A stretch of DNA of 64,000 nt from an uncultured Actinomycetes bacterium (GTDB taxonomy: Bacteria > Actinomycetota > Thermoleophilia > Gaiellales > JAICJC01): NCBI GenBank assembly GCA_963729195.1, contig CAVSNF010000025.1, forward strand, positions 192,287-256,286, written 5' to 3'. The notes beneath the pieces are model-generated. The model had not been told where the DNA came from. It saw only the letters and a program-made list of their open reading frames with translations, and did not search any database. The translations under genes were made by a program, and so were the position numbers. Of the stretch, positions 20,715-29,503 are shown in pieces. Numbering within the stretch: position 1 is the stretch's first letter; every line of letters starts with the position of its first letter.

Positions 20715-21902
20715 CTACGCGCGCATCATCGCTGCGGGCTCGACCCGGGTCGCGCGGATTGCGGGGAGGCCGGCAGCGAGCATCGCAGCTGCAAGCGAAA
20801 CTGCTGCGCCGACCATTGCAGCGGTCACGGGGTATGTGGGGACGCTCGCAGGCAGCTGAACGATCTGGCCTGCGACGAAGAGGCTGTAGAGGAGGTAGCT
20901 CGTCGCCACCGCGACGGCGACGGCGGTCACGCCGATGATCGCCGATTCGAGCAGCATCAGCGTTGCGATTCCGGCTTTCGTGGCGCCAAGTGCACGCCTG
21001 AGCGTCAGCTCCTCGGAGCGTTCGCGGACCGTCGCAAACCCGATGTTCAGGATACCGAGCACGGCGATCGCAAGCATGAGCACTGAGATCGTCTCGGTGC
21101 CGGTCTTGACCTTGTCGACCAGGTCGGCGACCGCAGCACCGCCGTCGCTTCGAGCCACGCTCGGGGAATACCGGCCGGTCAGTCCGGTGAGGGTGGAGCC
21201 GTCGCGGGCCGCACGTGTGATTCCGGCCAGATCATGTTCCTCGCCATGCACCCTGAGGGCCGCCGAGTTGTCCACCCGCCGCCCGAGTACCTCGGGTATC
21301 CGCAGTCTCGGGTCGGCGAGGTCTGCAAACGCGTCCGGCGAGGCCGCATCGTCGATCACGCCGACAACTCGAAAGACCTGTTCGGGGGTGCTCTCTCCCC
21401 ACCAGCAGCGGATGAACAAGGGGTGTCCGAGCGCGTCGTCAGCCGCGCGGTTGAGGACCAGCGCAGGCACCGCGTCCATCGCGTCGGCGGTCCGAAGCCA
21501 TCGTCCGGAAGTAACGTCACGCGTCACCACTCCCGAGCCCGCGATGAGGCTCATGCCCGCCGCCACCGGGCTACCGCCGGATTCGATCGTCACCCCACCC
21601 GACTGATAGACGATGTCGACGGCCGCACCGGGCGGAGCGAGGTGTTGGACGCGCGCGATCGCCCCCTCAGGGCTCTGTTCCAGGAGCTGATCGGGGTCGA
21701 TCGCCACCTCGACCGTCGCGACCAGCCCACCGTTCAGGTCGAAGCTCTGGCGCTGGTAATCGCCGAACAGCTGGCTGCCCACAGTCGCCACGAGTATGGA
21801 AACCGTCGCCACGACGATGCTTACCCCGGTGAGCGCCGACCGCCATGGACGTGCCCGGACGCCCTGCAGCGCCGCGCGTAAGACAAAAAGCGAAGCCATC
21901 AC
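20715..21902 (-). CDS. MacB/FtsX-type ABC permease with a large extracytoplasmic domain
   Basis: ORF 20715..21902. TM1, then a ~230-aa ectodomain, then three C-terminal TM segments with an FtsX-type motif (LTLRRALGATKAGI). Confidence 0.8.
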   Translation of the reverse strand: MMASLFVLRAALQGVRARPWRSALTGVSIVVATVSILVATVGSQLFGDYQRQSFDLNGGLVATVEVAIDPDQLLEQSPEGAIARVQHLAPPGAAVDIVYQSGGVTIESGGSPVAAGMSLIAGSGVVTRDVTSGRWLRTADAMDAVPALVLNRAADDALGHPLFIRCWWGESTPEQVFRVVGVIDDAASPDAFADLADPRLRIPEVLGRRVDNSAALRVHGEEHDLAGITRAARDGSTLTGLTGRYSPSVARSDGGAAVADLVDKVKTGTETISVLMLAIAVLGILNIGFATVRERSEELTLRRALGATKAGIATLMLLESAIIGVTAVAVAVATSYLLYSLFVAGQIVQLPASVPTYPVTAAMVGAAVSLAAAMLAAGLPAIRATRVEPAAMMRA

Positions 21903-22582
21903 AAGGCTTCTCGCACCGATCCGCGCTCGATATGGATGCAGGTCGAGAGCGCCTCTGCGACCTGGGCGTCGTGGGTGGCGACGATCACCGTGGCGCCCGC
22001 GGCCACGCTCGCCGAAACCAGCAGGCCCACCACGTGCTCAGCCGTCTCCTCGTCGAGCGCACCCGACGGCTCGTCTGCCAGAAGGTAGCGGGGTCGCTTA
22101 ACAAGCGCACGAGCGATCGCGACCCGCTGCTGCTCCCCGCCCGAGAGCGCTGATGGCAGATGTGCTGCGCGGTGGTCGAGCCCAACTTCGGTGAGGATTG
22201 CGCCCACGGTTGAGCGGCGGGTGCGCCACCCCCATGACGTCCCCGCCTGATCGAGACCAAGCTCGACGTTCTCGAAGGCCGTTAGGTGTGAGACGAGATA
22301 GAAGCGCTGGAAAACGAAGCCAAACGTCTGCCCGCGCAGGCGACTCGCGCCGCGATCGGTGAGCCCGGCGACGTCCGAGCCATCGACACGATAGAGGCCC
22401 CCATCGGGCCGCTCGAGCAGTCCAAGGATGCTCAAAAGCGTGCTCTTGCCCGAGCCCGAGCGACCCATCACAGCGTAGGTACAGCCGTCCTCGAATCTCG
22501 CCGTGACTCCGCGCAGAACGGTGACCGGAGTGCCGCTCGGGCCCGTGAATGACTTCTCCAAACCAACCAGCTCGAGCACCAC
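21899..22582 (-). CDS. MacB/LolD-type ABC ATP-binding protein
   Basis: ORF 21899..22582. Walker A GRSGSGKST, signature LSGGEQQRVAIARAL, Walker B YLLADEPSGALD. Confidence 0.9.
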   Translation of the reverse strand: MVLELVGLEKSFTGPSGTPVTVLRGVTARFEDGCTYAVMGRSGSGKSTLLSILGLLERPDGGLYRVDGSDVAGLTDRGASRLRGQTFGFVFQRFYLVSHLTAFENVELGLDQAGTSWGWRTRRSTVGAILTEVGLDHRAAHLPSALSGGEQQRVAIARALVKRPRYLLADEPSGALDEETAEHVVGLLVSASVAAGATVIVATHDAQVAEALSTCIHIERGSVREAL

Positions 22583-23241
22583 TTACTCGCCTTCGGGCGA
22601 ATTGAATCCCGGCAACACCGGGGCCGGCAGCTGCACCAATTCCCCACTATGCAGGCCCGAGGTGATCTCGATATTGCTACCGTCTGTCGCCCCAAGGCCA
22701 ACCGTGACAATCGACGTCCCACCACCCGCGCCAACCACCGTCACTTGGCCCTTCTGAACGCTCCCCGCCACCGCTTCTATGGGTAAAACCAAAACGCCGA
22801 CGCGACCGCGAAGCGTGACCGCGACCGTGCCAGGCTGACCGACTACCGCCGCGCTACCCCGCGGCAGGGTGCAGCGCACCACGCCCCGGGGCGGGCGGCG
22901 CGACCCGCCGGCCCGGGCACTTGCAGCTCGACACACGCCTGCGGCCCGGGACCGCCTTGCAGCTGGGCCTGCACCGCGTGCACACCGTGCGCGAACCGGT
23001 ACATCGACGCCGGACTAACATTGGCCACCACGACCGGGCGCCCGTGATCCACCGACGCAACCACGCCCGGGAACGAGATGGTCGGGGTGATCGCGCCCCG
23101 CTCAACTCGCACGCGTTGCGGCGAGGCACCACCGTATCCCGCAACGCTGGTCGAACTGTGACCGGTGAAGACCCACACCGAGGCAGCAGCCACGCCCATC
23201 AGCGCGACAGTGAGGAGCACATAGAGGATCCTCACCGCCAA
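22583..23241 (-). CDS. Membrane-anchored periplasmic adaptor (HlyD/MacA-like, short, no coiled-coil hairpin), frame broken once
   Basis: N-terminus in ORF 22843..23241 (TM ILYVLLTVALMGVAAASVWVF). C-terminus in ORF 22583..22936 (...GTVAVTLRGRVGVLVLPIEAV...ITSGLHSGELV). Frames join near 22900. The family call is by pattern only. Confidence 0.55.
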
Positions 23242-23274
23242 ATCCGATCATGTGTGGCAGCTGCGCGGCCCTTG

Positions 23275-23757
23275 CTAGCCAACGCAGTTGGCCTTGGCAT
23301 AACGGAGGAACGGTTGGTCGTTTCCGTGGGCGAGAGCTCTGATGTAAGCGCCGATCCGATCCCGTTCGAGAACATCCGCGAAATCGGGACTCGTGAGCGT
23401 CTTGAGAGCCAACGCAGCTCGGGCCGGGTGCGATGAGTGATCCGCCACCCAGATGCGACCCCACTCACACTCCCAGCGACCGTCGACGTGCGCGATTGCC
23501 GATTCCGACGCCGCGTTGGTCGCGTCGATGCTCGGATTAAACCTGAAGGCTGGTGGAGATCCCGGCCAGGTAAGCCGACTCGACTCGCCCCGCCACGCAT
23601 CCGCATACTTCTGAGCGGGCGACCTGGCATCCCAAAACAGAAGCGACATGCCGGCACGATGCACACCCACCACCATGAGCCCGCACAAGGCCCCCACCAC
23701 AATGGCGAGCAGCACAATCACCGATCGCCGGACGCCGCCACCTCGAGCAGCGCCCAC
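23275..23757 (-). CDS. Hypothetical single-pass membrane protein with a Trp-rich ectodomain
   Basis: ORF 23275..23805. GTG 23757 lies 2 nt after the upstream TGA. Basic N-terminus followed by TM VIVLLAIVVGALCGLMVVGV. Third-codon G/C is visibly lower than in neighbouring genes. No family recognised. Confidence 0.5.
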   Translation of the reverse strand: MGAARGGGVRRSVIVLLAIVVGALCGLMVVGVHRAGMSLLFWDARSPAQKYADAWRGESSRLTWPGSPPAFRFNPSIDATNAASESAIAHVDGRWECEWGRIWVADHSSHPARAALALKTLTSPDFADVLERDRIGAYIRALAHGNDQPFLRYAKANCVG

Positions 23758-23758
23758 A

Positions 23759-24184
23759 TCATTTCGTGACATTGCCAATGTCCCCGCCGAACTTCGTGTC
23801 ACCAAAGCTCGGCACGCCCGCGTCGGTCATCGCCTCGACCTTGACCGTAGTGGTAGCCAGAACGTTGCTGGCAAGCACTATCGTCTTGGGTAGCGCAGCG
23901 CAGGAGGCCACGGTGGCCGCGTGCGATACCGTTCCTCGCTTTTGAAACAAGAGTCGCAGGTACAAATGCCTGGTCGCACCGCAATCGATGTTGTTGCGGA
24001 GCGTGAACCGGACATCACCGGTCGCCTGGATCGTGCAAGTGCCAGACCCACAGTTGTTCGTGTGCCAGACGTTGGCATTGTTGTCGACGTCACCCGACAG
24101 TGAACGCAGCGCTCCCCACCCGGTTCCAGCAGCCGAAACCAGCATCAACGCCGTAATCCCAGTCACCCAAAGACACCTTCGCAT
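23759..24184 (-). CDS. Hypothetical secreted protein (Sec signal peptide, 4 Cys, Asn/Thr-rich, beta-rich)
   Basis: ORF 23759..24184. Signal-like MRRCLWVTGITALMLVSAAGTGWGA. The mature part contains NNCGSGTC, IDCGATR and VASCAAL. Codon usage is atypical. No family recognised. Confidence 0.5.
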   Translation of the reverse strand: MRRCLWVTGITALMLVSAAGTGWGALRSLSGDVDNNANVWHTNNCGSGTCTIQATGDVRFTLRNNIDCGATRHLYLRLLFQKRGTVSHAATVASCAALPKTIVLASNVLATTTVKVEAMTDAGVPSFGDTKFGGDIGNVTK

Positions 24185-24403
24185 TGCTCCAAAACCCTCC
24201 GAGTATTGTTTTGAGTAGCTGATCGGTGGGAAAAGCTACCTCGAAGATGTCATAAGCGCAAGTTTCAGTAGATCACATTAAACTATTCGCAACAAAGCAG
24301 GTTCAGCGTCATGGCTCTGACTGAACACGCCGCTCGGCGAGCAGCACGGAGTTCGTATGGGGAACGTGTCGCGCTAGCCGCGGTAGGGTTCGTCCATAAC
24401 CGT

Positions 24404-24491
24404 TTGCCGGGGAGTCCCACCGGGGCTGAGAGGGCGCACATGCGCCGACCCGCGAACCTGATCTGGGTAATGCCAGCGAAGGGATGCAGCG
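24404..24491 (+). promoter_or_regulatory. TPP (THI-box) riboswitch
   Basis: GGGGAGTCCCACCGGGGCTGAGAGGGCGCACATGCGCCGACCCGCGAACCTGATCTGGGTAATGCCAGCGAAGGGA matches the conserved CUGAGA...ACCUGAUCUGGnUAAUnCCAGCGnAGGGA core. It ends at the SD/ATG of the downstream gene. Confidence 0.9.
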
Positions 24492-25478
24492 ATGCCACAC
24501 CGTGTTCTCGTCCTCCTCCTCGTGGGACTCGCCGCGCTCGCGGCGGGCTGCGGAGGCTCCTCCAGCAGCTCAACCACAAACAACCTGAACCCGGGCCCTG
24601 CCAACGTCAAGCTGGCGCTCGACTGGTACCCCAACCCCGACCATGTCGGCATCTTTGCGGGCATCGAGCGCGGTGACTTCGCCGGACGCGGCATGCAGCT
24701 GACGCTGGTGGCGCCGTCGGATGTGTCTGACCCGATCAAGCTGGTGGCCGCCAAGCGGGTCGATCTGGGCGTGTCGTACGAGCCGGAGGTGTTCTTCGCC
24801 GCCGAGAAGCACATCCCGGTGGTCGCGGTGGCGGCCCTGGTGCCGACTGCGCTCAACTCGATCATCGCCCGGACCGACCGCGGCATCCACCAGATCACCG
24901 ACCTGCGCGGCAAGACGATCGGCGTGGACGGAAGCGCATCCACCACCGCCTACGTCAAGACGATGCTCCAGACGTCAGGCGTCCCGATCGACTCGGTGCA
25001 CCTGGTGACGGTGGGATTCAACCTGGTGCCGGCGCTGCTCTCGGGCAGGGTCGATGCGATCGCCGGCGGCTTCCAAAACATCGAGGGGATCGACATCCGC
25101 GCGCACGGGGTGGCGACCACCGTGTTTCCCGTCGACCACTACGGCGTGCCCAGCTACGACGAGCTGGTGATCATCGCCAATCGCGACCGGATGCAGTCAG
25201 ACGCCAATTATCGCGACGAGGTGCGGGCATTCGTGACCGGATTGACCACGGCCACCAGCTGGGCGCGAAATCATCCCGCCGCGGCGGTTGCGATCATGCG
25301 CAAACAGAGTTCTCGTGACTACCGCGGCCAGATCGCCAAAAGCGTGCCGGCGACCCTCAAGCTACTGCAGACCTCGCGGCTTGACCCGGCGGCCTGGAGG
25401 GCGTTTGGCACGTGGATGTGGAGCCACGGCCTGCTGGATGTGAAGCCCGACGGAGCGGCGCTCGTAACACAGCCATAA
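24492..25478 (+). CDS. NMT1/THI5-type ABC substrate-binding lipoprotein (ThiY-like, thiamine-precursor binding)
   Basis: ORF 24492..25478. Lipobox LAALAAGCGG. LALDWYPNPDHVGIF is typical of the NMT1/THI5 fold. Sits directly downstream of the TPP riboswitch. Confidence 0.8.
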   Translation: MPHRVLVLLLVGLAALAAGCGGSSSSSTTNNLNPGPANVKLALDWYPNPDHVGIFAGIERGDFAGRGMQLTLVAPSDVSDPIKLVAAKRVDLGVSYEPEVFFAAEKHIPVVAVAALVPTALNSIIARTDRGIHQITDLRGKTIGVDGSASTTAYVKTMLQTSGVPIDSVHLVTVGFNLVPALLSGRVDAIAGGFQNIEGIDIRAHGVATTVFPVDHYGVPSYDELVIIANRDRMQSDANYRDEVRAFVTGLTTATSWARNHPAAAVAIMRKQSSRDYRGQIAKSVPATLKLLQTSRLDPAAWRAFGTWMWSHGLLDVKPDGAALVTQP

Positions 25479-25487
25479 GATTCGGGT

Positions 25488-26042
25488 ATGCCCGATTCTC
25501 CATCGCTCAAGGGCCACCTGCTGATCGCGGCCCCGTCCCTGCTTGACCCCAACTTTCACCGGTCGGTGGTGCTGATCTTGGAGCACACCGCCGAGGGGGC
25601 GCTGGGCGTGGTCTTGAACCGCCCCAGCGGGGTGTCGGCGGCCGACGCGGTGCCCGACCTGTCCGAGGTTGTGGAGGAGCACGACGAGGTGTTTGTGGGC
25701 GGCCCGGTGCAGCCCCAGGCGGTGATCGCGCTGGCCGAGTACAGCGAGCCGCTGAACGACGATTCGAGCCTGGTGGGGCCGATCGCTCCGATCGACATGG
25801 GCGAGGATATCGAGGAGATGCTCGACGGCGTCGCCCGGGTGCGGCTGTTTGCGGGCTATGCGGGCTGGAGCGAGGGCCAGCTGGATGGAGAGCTCGACGA
25901 GGAGGCCTGGTTCACCGAGCCGGCGCTACCCGGCGACGTCTTCTCCGACGACAGCGCCACCCTCTGGAACCGGGTGCTGGCCCGAAAGGGCGCCCGCTAC
26001 CGGTTGGTGGCCTCGATGCCCGAGGATCCCAGCCTCAACTGA
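25488..26042 (+). CDS. YqgE/AlgH family protein (UPF0301)
   Basis: ORF 25488..26042: LKGHLLIAAPSLLDPNFHRSVVLILEHTAEGALGVVLNRP...VFVGGPV...LFAGYAGWSEGQLDGEL. Confidence 0.85.
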   Translation: MPDSPSLKGHLLIAAPSLLDPNFHRSVVLILEHTAEGALGVVLNRPSGVSAADAVPDLSEVVEEHDEVFVGGPVQPQAVIALAEYSEPLNDDSSLVGPIAPIDMGEDIEEMLDGVARVRLFAGYAGWSEGQLDGELDEEAWFTEPALPGDVFSDDSATLWNRVLARKGARYRLVASMPEDPSLN

Positions 26043-26718
26043 TGTGCTCGAAGTAGCGGATCGCGGCCAGGCCGATGGTGCGCGTTGACCACAGGTTGTA
26101 GGTGGCGGCGATACCGATGCCGAGGACAGGGATCTCGCGGCCGATGATCACGTGCGCCCGGCGCCGGGCCAGCCGCGATGCGACCTGCGTGGCCAGCTTG
26201 CGGTTGACGCGGGCCGCCAGCACGTCGATCGACGCCGAATCGAACTCCGATAGCGGAATCTTCTCGCCGGCCAGGCTGACCGTGCCCGACCGCCGGCCCA
26301 GCTTGACCACGCCGGCGTCCACGCCGAGTGCCATCAGCACGTCCAACCTGCGGGCCTCGTGGTCGGACATCGGCCGGTCGTACAGGTGGGCGATCACCAG
26401 CACCAGCTCGATCTGAGCTGCGGTCAGGTAGGCCAGGTCGCCGAGTGCGGCGGTCACCTCGGCGGTGGTACCCGGCCCGGGAATGACCGCGGGGATCGCG
26501 CTGACCGCGCCCGAGCCGGCCAGGTGAAACGCCTTTCGGCCCATCGCCACGCGGGCGAGCTTTGCCCGGCCGAGGTGTGGGTGTTTGCGACGGAGCTTCT
26601 CGGCCGACCGCTCGATGGCGGGGCCGCGGCGGTTGATCACAGTGCGCAGAGCGGTCTCGGTGGCGCGCGAAAGCGACGCCGCCAGCCGATCGACCACCAC
26701 ATCCAGAGAGCGGCGCAT
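26035..26718 (-). CDS. Hypothetical protein (possibly EcsC-like)
   Basis: ORF 26035..26766. ATG 26718 is preferred because it avoids overlap with the divergent aminotransferase start. Function unclear. Confidence 0.4.
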   Translation of the reverse strand: MRRSLDVVVDRLAASLSRATETALRTVINRRGPAIERSAEKLRRKHPHLGRAKLARVAMGRKAFHLAGSGAVSAIPAVIPGPGTTAEVTAALGDLAYLTAAQIELVLVIAHLYDRPMSDHEARRLDVLMALGVDAGVVKLGRRSGTVSLAGEKIPLSEFDSASIDVLAARVNRKLATQVASRLARRRAHVIIGREIPVLGIGIAATYNLWSTRTIGLAAIRYFEHIS

Positions 26719-26751
26719 GCGCAGAACCCTACTGACTAGTGTCTGGCGGCT

Positions 26752-27963
26752 ATGCAGATCGTGCAATCACGCAAGCTCTCAAACGTCGCCTACGACGTGC
26801 GCGGCCCTGTGCTCGAGGAGGCCATGCGGCTGGAGGCCGATGGCCACCGGATCCTCAAGCTGAACATCGGAAATCCGGCTCCCTTTGGTTTCGAGGGGCC
26901 GAGCGATCTGCTGCGAGACGTCGTCGAAAACCTGCCCTCCGCGGTCGGCTACGGCGACTCACGCGGCCTGGTGGCGGCTCGCGAGGCGATCGTCGCCGAC
27001 TACCGCACCCGCGGCGTCGAGGACATCGACGTCGCCGACGTCTACATCGGAAACGGCGTGTCGGAGCTGATCCAGATGTCGCTGCAGGCGCTGCTCGACG
27101 ACGGCGACGAGGTGCTGATTCCCGCGCCCGACTATCCGCTGTGGACTGCGGTCACATCGCTCTGCGGCGGGCGTCCGGTCTACTACCGCTGCGACGAGCA
27201 GGCCGGCTGGATCCCTGATCTGGCTGACATTGAGGCCAAGATCACGCCGCGCACCCGGGCGGTGGTCGTGATCAACCCCAACAATCCGACCGGGGCGGTC
27301 TACCCGGCGGCGGTGCTGGCAGGCATCGCCGGTATCGCCGAGCGTCACGGATTGGTGTTGTTTTCCGACGAGATCTATGACCGCATCCTCTACGACGACG
27401 CCGAGCATGTGGTCACCGCGGCGATCGCACCCGACGTCTTGTGCGTGACCATGAGTGGGCTCTCCAAGTCGAGCCGGGTGGCGGGATTTCGCTGCGGCTG
27501 GGCGGTGGTGTCGGGGCCGCGGAAGCAGGCTCAGAGCTACTTGGAAGGGCTGACGGTGCTCGCCAACATGCGGCTTTGCCCCAACGTCCCGGCCCAGTAT
27601 GCGATCGCAGCGGCGCTGCAGAGCCCCGAGGCGATCGAACGGCTGGTGCTGCCCGGCGGACGGCTGGCCGAGCAGCGAGACCGCGCCTGGGAGCTTCTGA
27701 CCGCGATCCCGGGCGTGTCGTGTGCAAAGCCGATGGGCGCGCTCTATGCATTCCCGCGGATCGACCCAACGGTGGTGCCGATCGCCGACGACGAGCGGAT
27801 GGCGCTCGACCTGCTGCGCAGCGAGAAGATCCTGATCGCCCACGGCTCGGCCTTCAACATCCCCACCACCGACCACTTCCGGCTGGTGACGCTGCCCAAC
27901 GTCGACGACCTCGAGGACGCGATCACCCGCATCGGCGGGTTCCTCGGCGGCTACTCCCAGTAG
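26752..27963 (+). CDS. Pyridoxal-phosphate-dependent aminotransferase, class I/II (AlaA-like)
   Basis: ORF 26752..27963: KLNIGNPAPFGF, INPNNPTGAVY, SGLSKSSRVAGFRCGW (PLP lysine context). Confidence 0.9.
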   Translation: MQIVQSRKLSNVAYDVRGPVLEEAMRLEADGHRILKLNIGNPAPFGFEGPSDLLRDVVENLPSAVGYGDSRGLVAAREAIVADYRTRGVEDIDVADVYIGNGVSELIQMSLQALLDDGDEVLIPAPDYPLWTAVTSLCGGRPVYYRCDEQAGWIPDLADIEAKITPRTRAVVVINPNNPTGAVYPAAVLAGIAGIAERHGLVLFSDEIYDRILYDDAEHVVTAAIAPDVLCVTMSGLSKSSRVAGFRCGWAVVSGPRKQAQSYLEGLTVLANMRLCPNVPAQYAIAAALQSPEAIERLVLPGGRLAEQRDRAWELLTAIPGVSCAKPMGALYAFPRIDPTVVPIADDERMALDLLRSEKILIAHGSAFNIPTTDHFRLVTLPNVDDLEDAITRIGGFLGGYSQ

Positions 27964-27966
27964 CAC

Positions 27967-28704
27967 TCAGTCCGTCCGCCGCCTCAACGTCACCGCCCCC
28001 AGCGCAAGCGACGCCACCGTGAACACGATCACCGCCGCCACATCCCAGGCAAATCGCGAGCCCAGAGGCGCCGGATTGGTGGTACGGGCGAGGGCGTCGT
28101 AGGCGTAGGTCAGCGGCAGCGCGAACGACACCCAGTAGAGCAACTCAGCCATCTCGTCGCGGGCGATAAAGAGCCCGCACAGAAGCAGCTGGGGAAAGAT
28201 GAACGCCGGCATGAACTGCACCGCTTGAAACTCGGTGCGCGCAAACGCGCTTACGAACAGCCCCAGCGCCATTCCCAGCAGCGCGTTTGCGATCGCGAGC
28301 AGTCCCACCAGCCAGGCTCCGTGGGCGGCGTTCAGGCCCAGCAACAGGAACCCGACCAGGCACACCACGATCGCCTGGATCGCCGCCAACACGCCAAACG
28401 CGAGGCCGTAGCCTGCCAGCAGGTCGAGCTTCCCCATCGGCAGCGTCATCAGCCGCTCGAGCGTGCCGGTGGTGCGCTCCCGCAGCATCGCGATCGACGT
28501 CAGCAAAAACATGATGATGAACGGGAAGAGCCCGCACATGGGCGCGCCGATCGCCTGGAACGTGCTCGGCTGTCCGTCGAACACAAACTTGAGCAGCGTC
28601 AGCAGCGCCACCGGCACCACCAGCAGCATCGCGATCGTGCGAGGGTCGCGGCGGATCTGCCACAGCACCCGCTGGGCGATCGCGAAGGTGATGTGCGGAC
28701 TCAC
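27967..28704 (-). CDS. ABC-2 type transporter permease
   Basis: ORF 27967..28704, 6 TM segments. 4-nt overlap with the ATPase gene. Confidence 0.8.
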   Translation of the reverse strand: MSPHITFAIAQRVLWQIRRDPRTIAMLLVVPVALLTLLKFVFDGQPSTFQAIGAPMCGLFPFIIMFLLTSIAMLRERTTGTLERLMTLPMGKLDLLAGYGLAFGVLAAIQAIVVCLVGFLLLGLNAAHGAWLVGLLAIANALLGMALGLFVSAFARTEFQAVQFMPAFIFPQLLLCGLFIARDEMAELLYWVSFALPLTYAYDALARTTNPAPLGSRFAWDVAAVIVFTVASLALGAVTLRRRTD

Positions 28705-29411
28705 GTCGGAGCCTGCTCGATCACTTTCAGAAACGCCCGGCCCATATCCGCCTCGCCGGTCTCAGCGCGAAGCTCGGCCGGGGTGGTCTGGCGCAGCAGA
28801 GCGCCGTCTCGCATCAAGAGCAGGGTGTGACACTCAGAGGCCTCATCCATCACGTGGCTCGACACCAGCAGCGTGGTGCCTCCCGCCGCCAGCTCGTGAA
28901 ACGTCTGCCACAGCTCGGCACGCAGCACCGGGTCGAGGCCGACGGTGGGCTCGTCCAACACCAGCACCTCGGGTCGGCCGAGCAACGCGGTTGCAAGCGA
29001 CACACGCGAGCGCTGGCCGCCAGAGAGCGCTCCGGCCACGCGCCCCTCGAAGCCGCCCAGGCCAACTGTCTCGATCACGTCGGCGATCCGCGTCCGATCG
29101 ACACCGACCACCGCCGCGAAGAACCGGAGGTTTTCCTCCACGCTGAGATCTCCGTACACCGAAGGCGCCTGGGTGACATAGCCAATCCGCCGGCGAAGGG
29201 CGGGAGATCCTGCAGGCTCACCCAGCACCGTGACCGTGCCCGACGCAACGATCTGGACGCCGACGATCGAGCGCATCAGCGTCGACTTGCCACAGCCGCT
29301 GGGACCGAGCAGGCCGGTGACCGATCCTGCGCTGACATCGAGCGTCACCCCCGTCAGTACCGGGCGCCCGCCACGCTCGACGTGCAGGTCGCTGATGGCG
29401 ATCGCCGTCAC
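28701..29411 (-). CDS. ABC transporter ATP-binding protein (DrrA-like)
   Basis: ORF 28701..29411. Walker A GPSGCGKST, signature LSGGQRSRVSLA, Walker B LVLDEPTVGLD. Confidence 0.9.
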   Translation of the reverse strand: MTAIAISDLHVERGGRPVLTGVTLDVSAGSVTGLLGPSGCGKSTLMRSIVGVQIVASGTVTVLGEPAGSPALRRRIGYVTQAPSVYGDLSVEENLRFFAAVVGVDRTRIADVIETVGLGGFEGRVAGALSGGQRSRVSLATALLGRPEVLVLDEPTVGLDPVLRAELWQTFHELAAGGTTLLVSSHVMDEASECHTLLLMRDGALLRQTTPAELRAETGEADMGRAFLKVIEQAPT

Positions 29412-29447
29412 CCCGCCATCCTACGCAACACGCCGCTCGCGGCAGGT

Positions 29448-29478
29448 GGTGAATACCGGTGCCTGGCACCGTTATTCA
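29448..29478. repeat. Palindromic repeat, copy 2 (one arm mismatch)
   Basis: GTGAATACCGGTGCC-T-GGCACCGTTATTCAC. Lies in the divergent region between the ABC ATPase (GTG 29411) and the DedA gene. Confidence 0.9.
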
Positions 29479-29503
29479 CACCCCATCCACTACCTTCCCA
29501 GGC

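Noticed and set aside
24283-24676. ORFs 24283..24579 (minus), 24309..24500 (minus) and 24311..24676 (plus) across the riboswitch region
   Set aside because: They span a recognisable TPP riboswitch and an AT-rich spacer, and they show no coding-type third-position bias.
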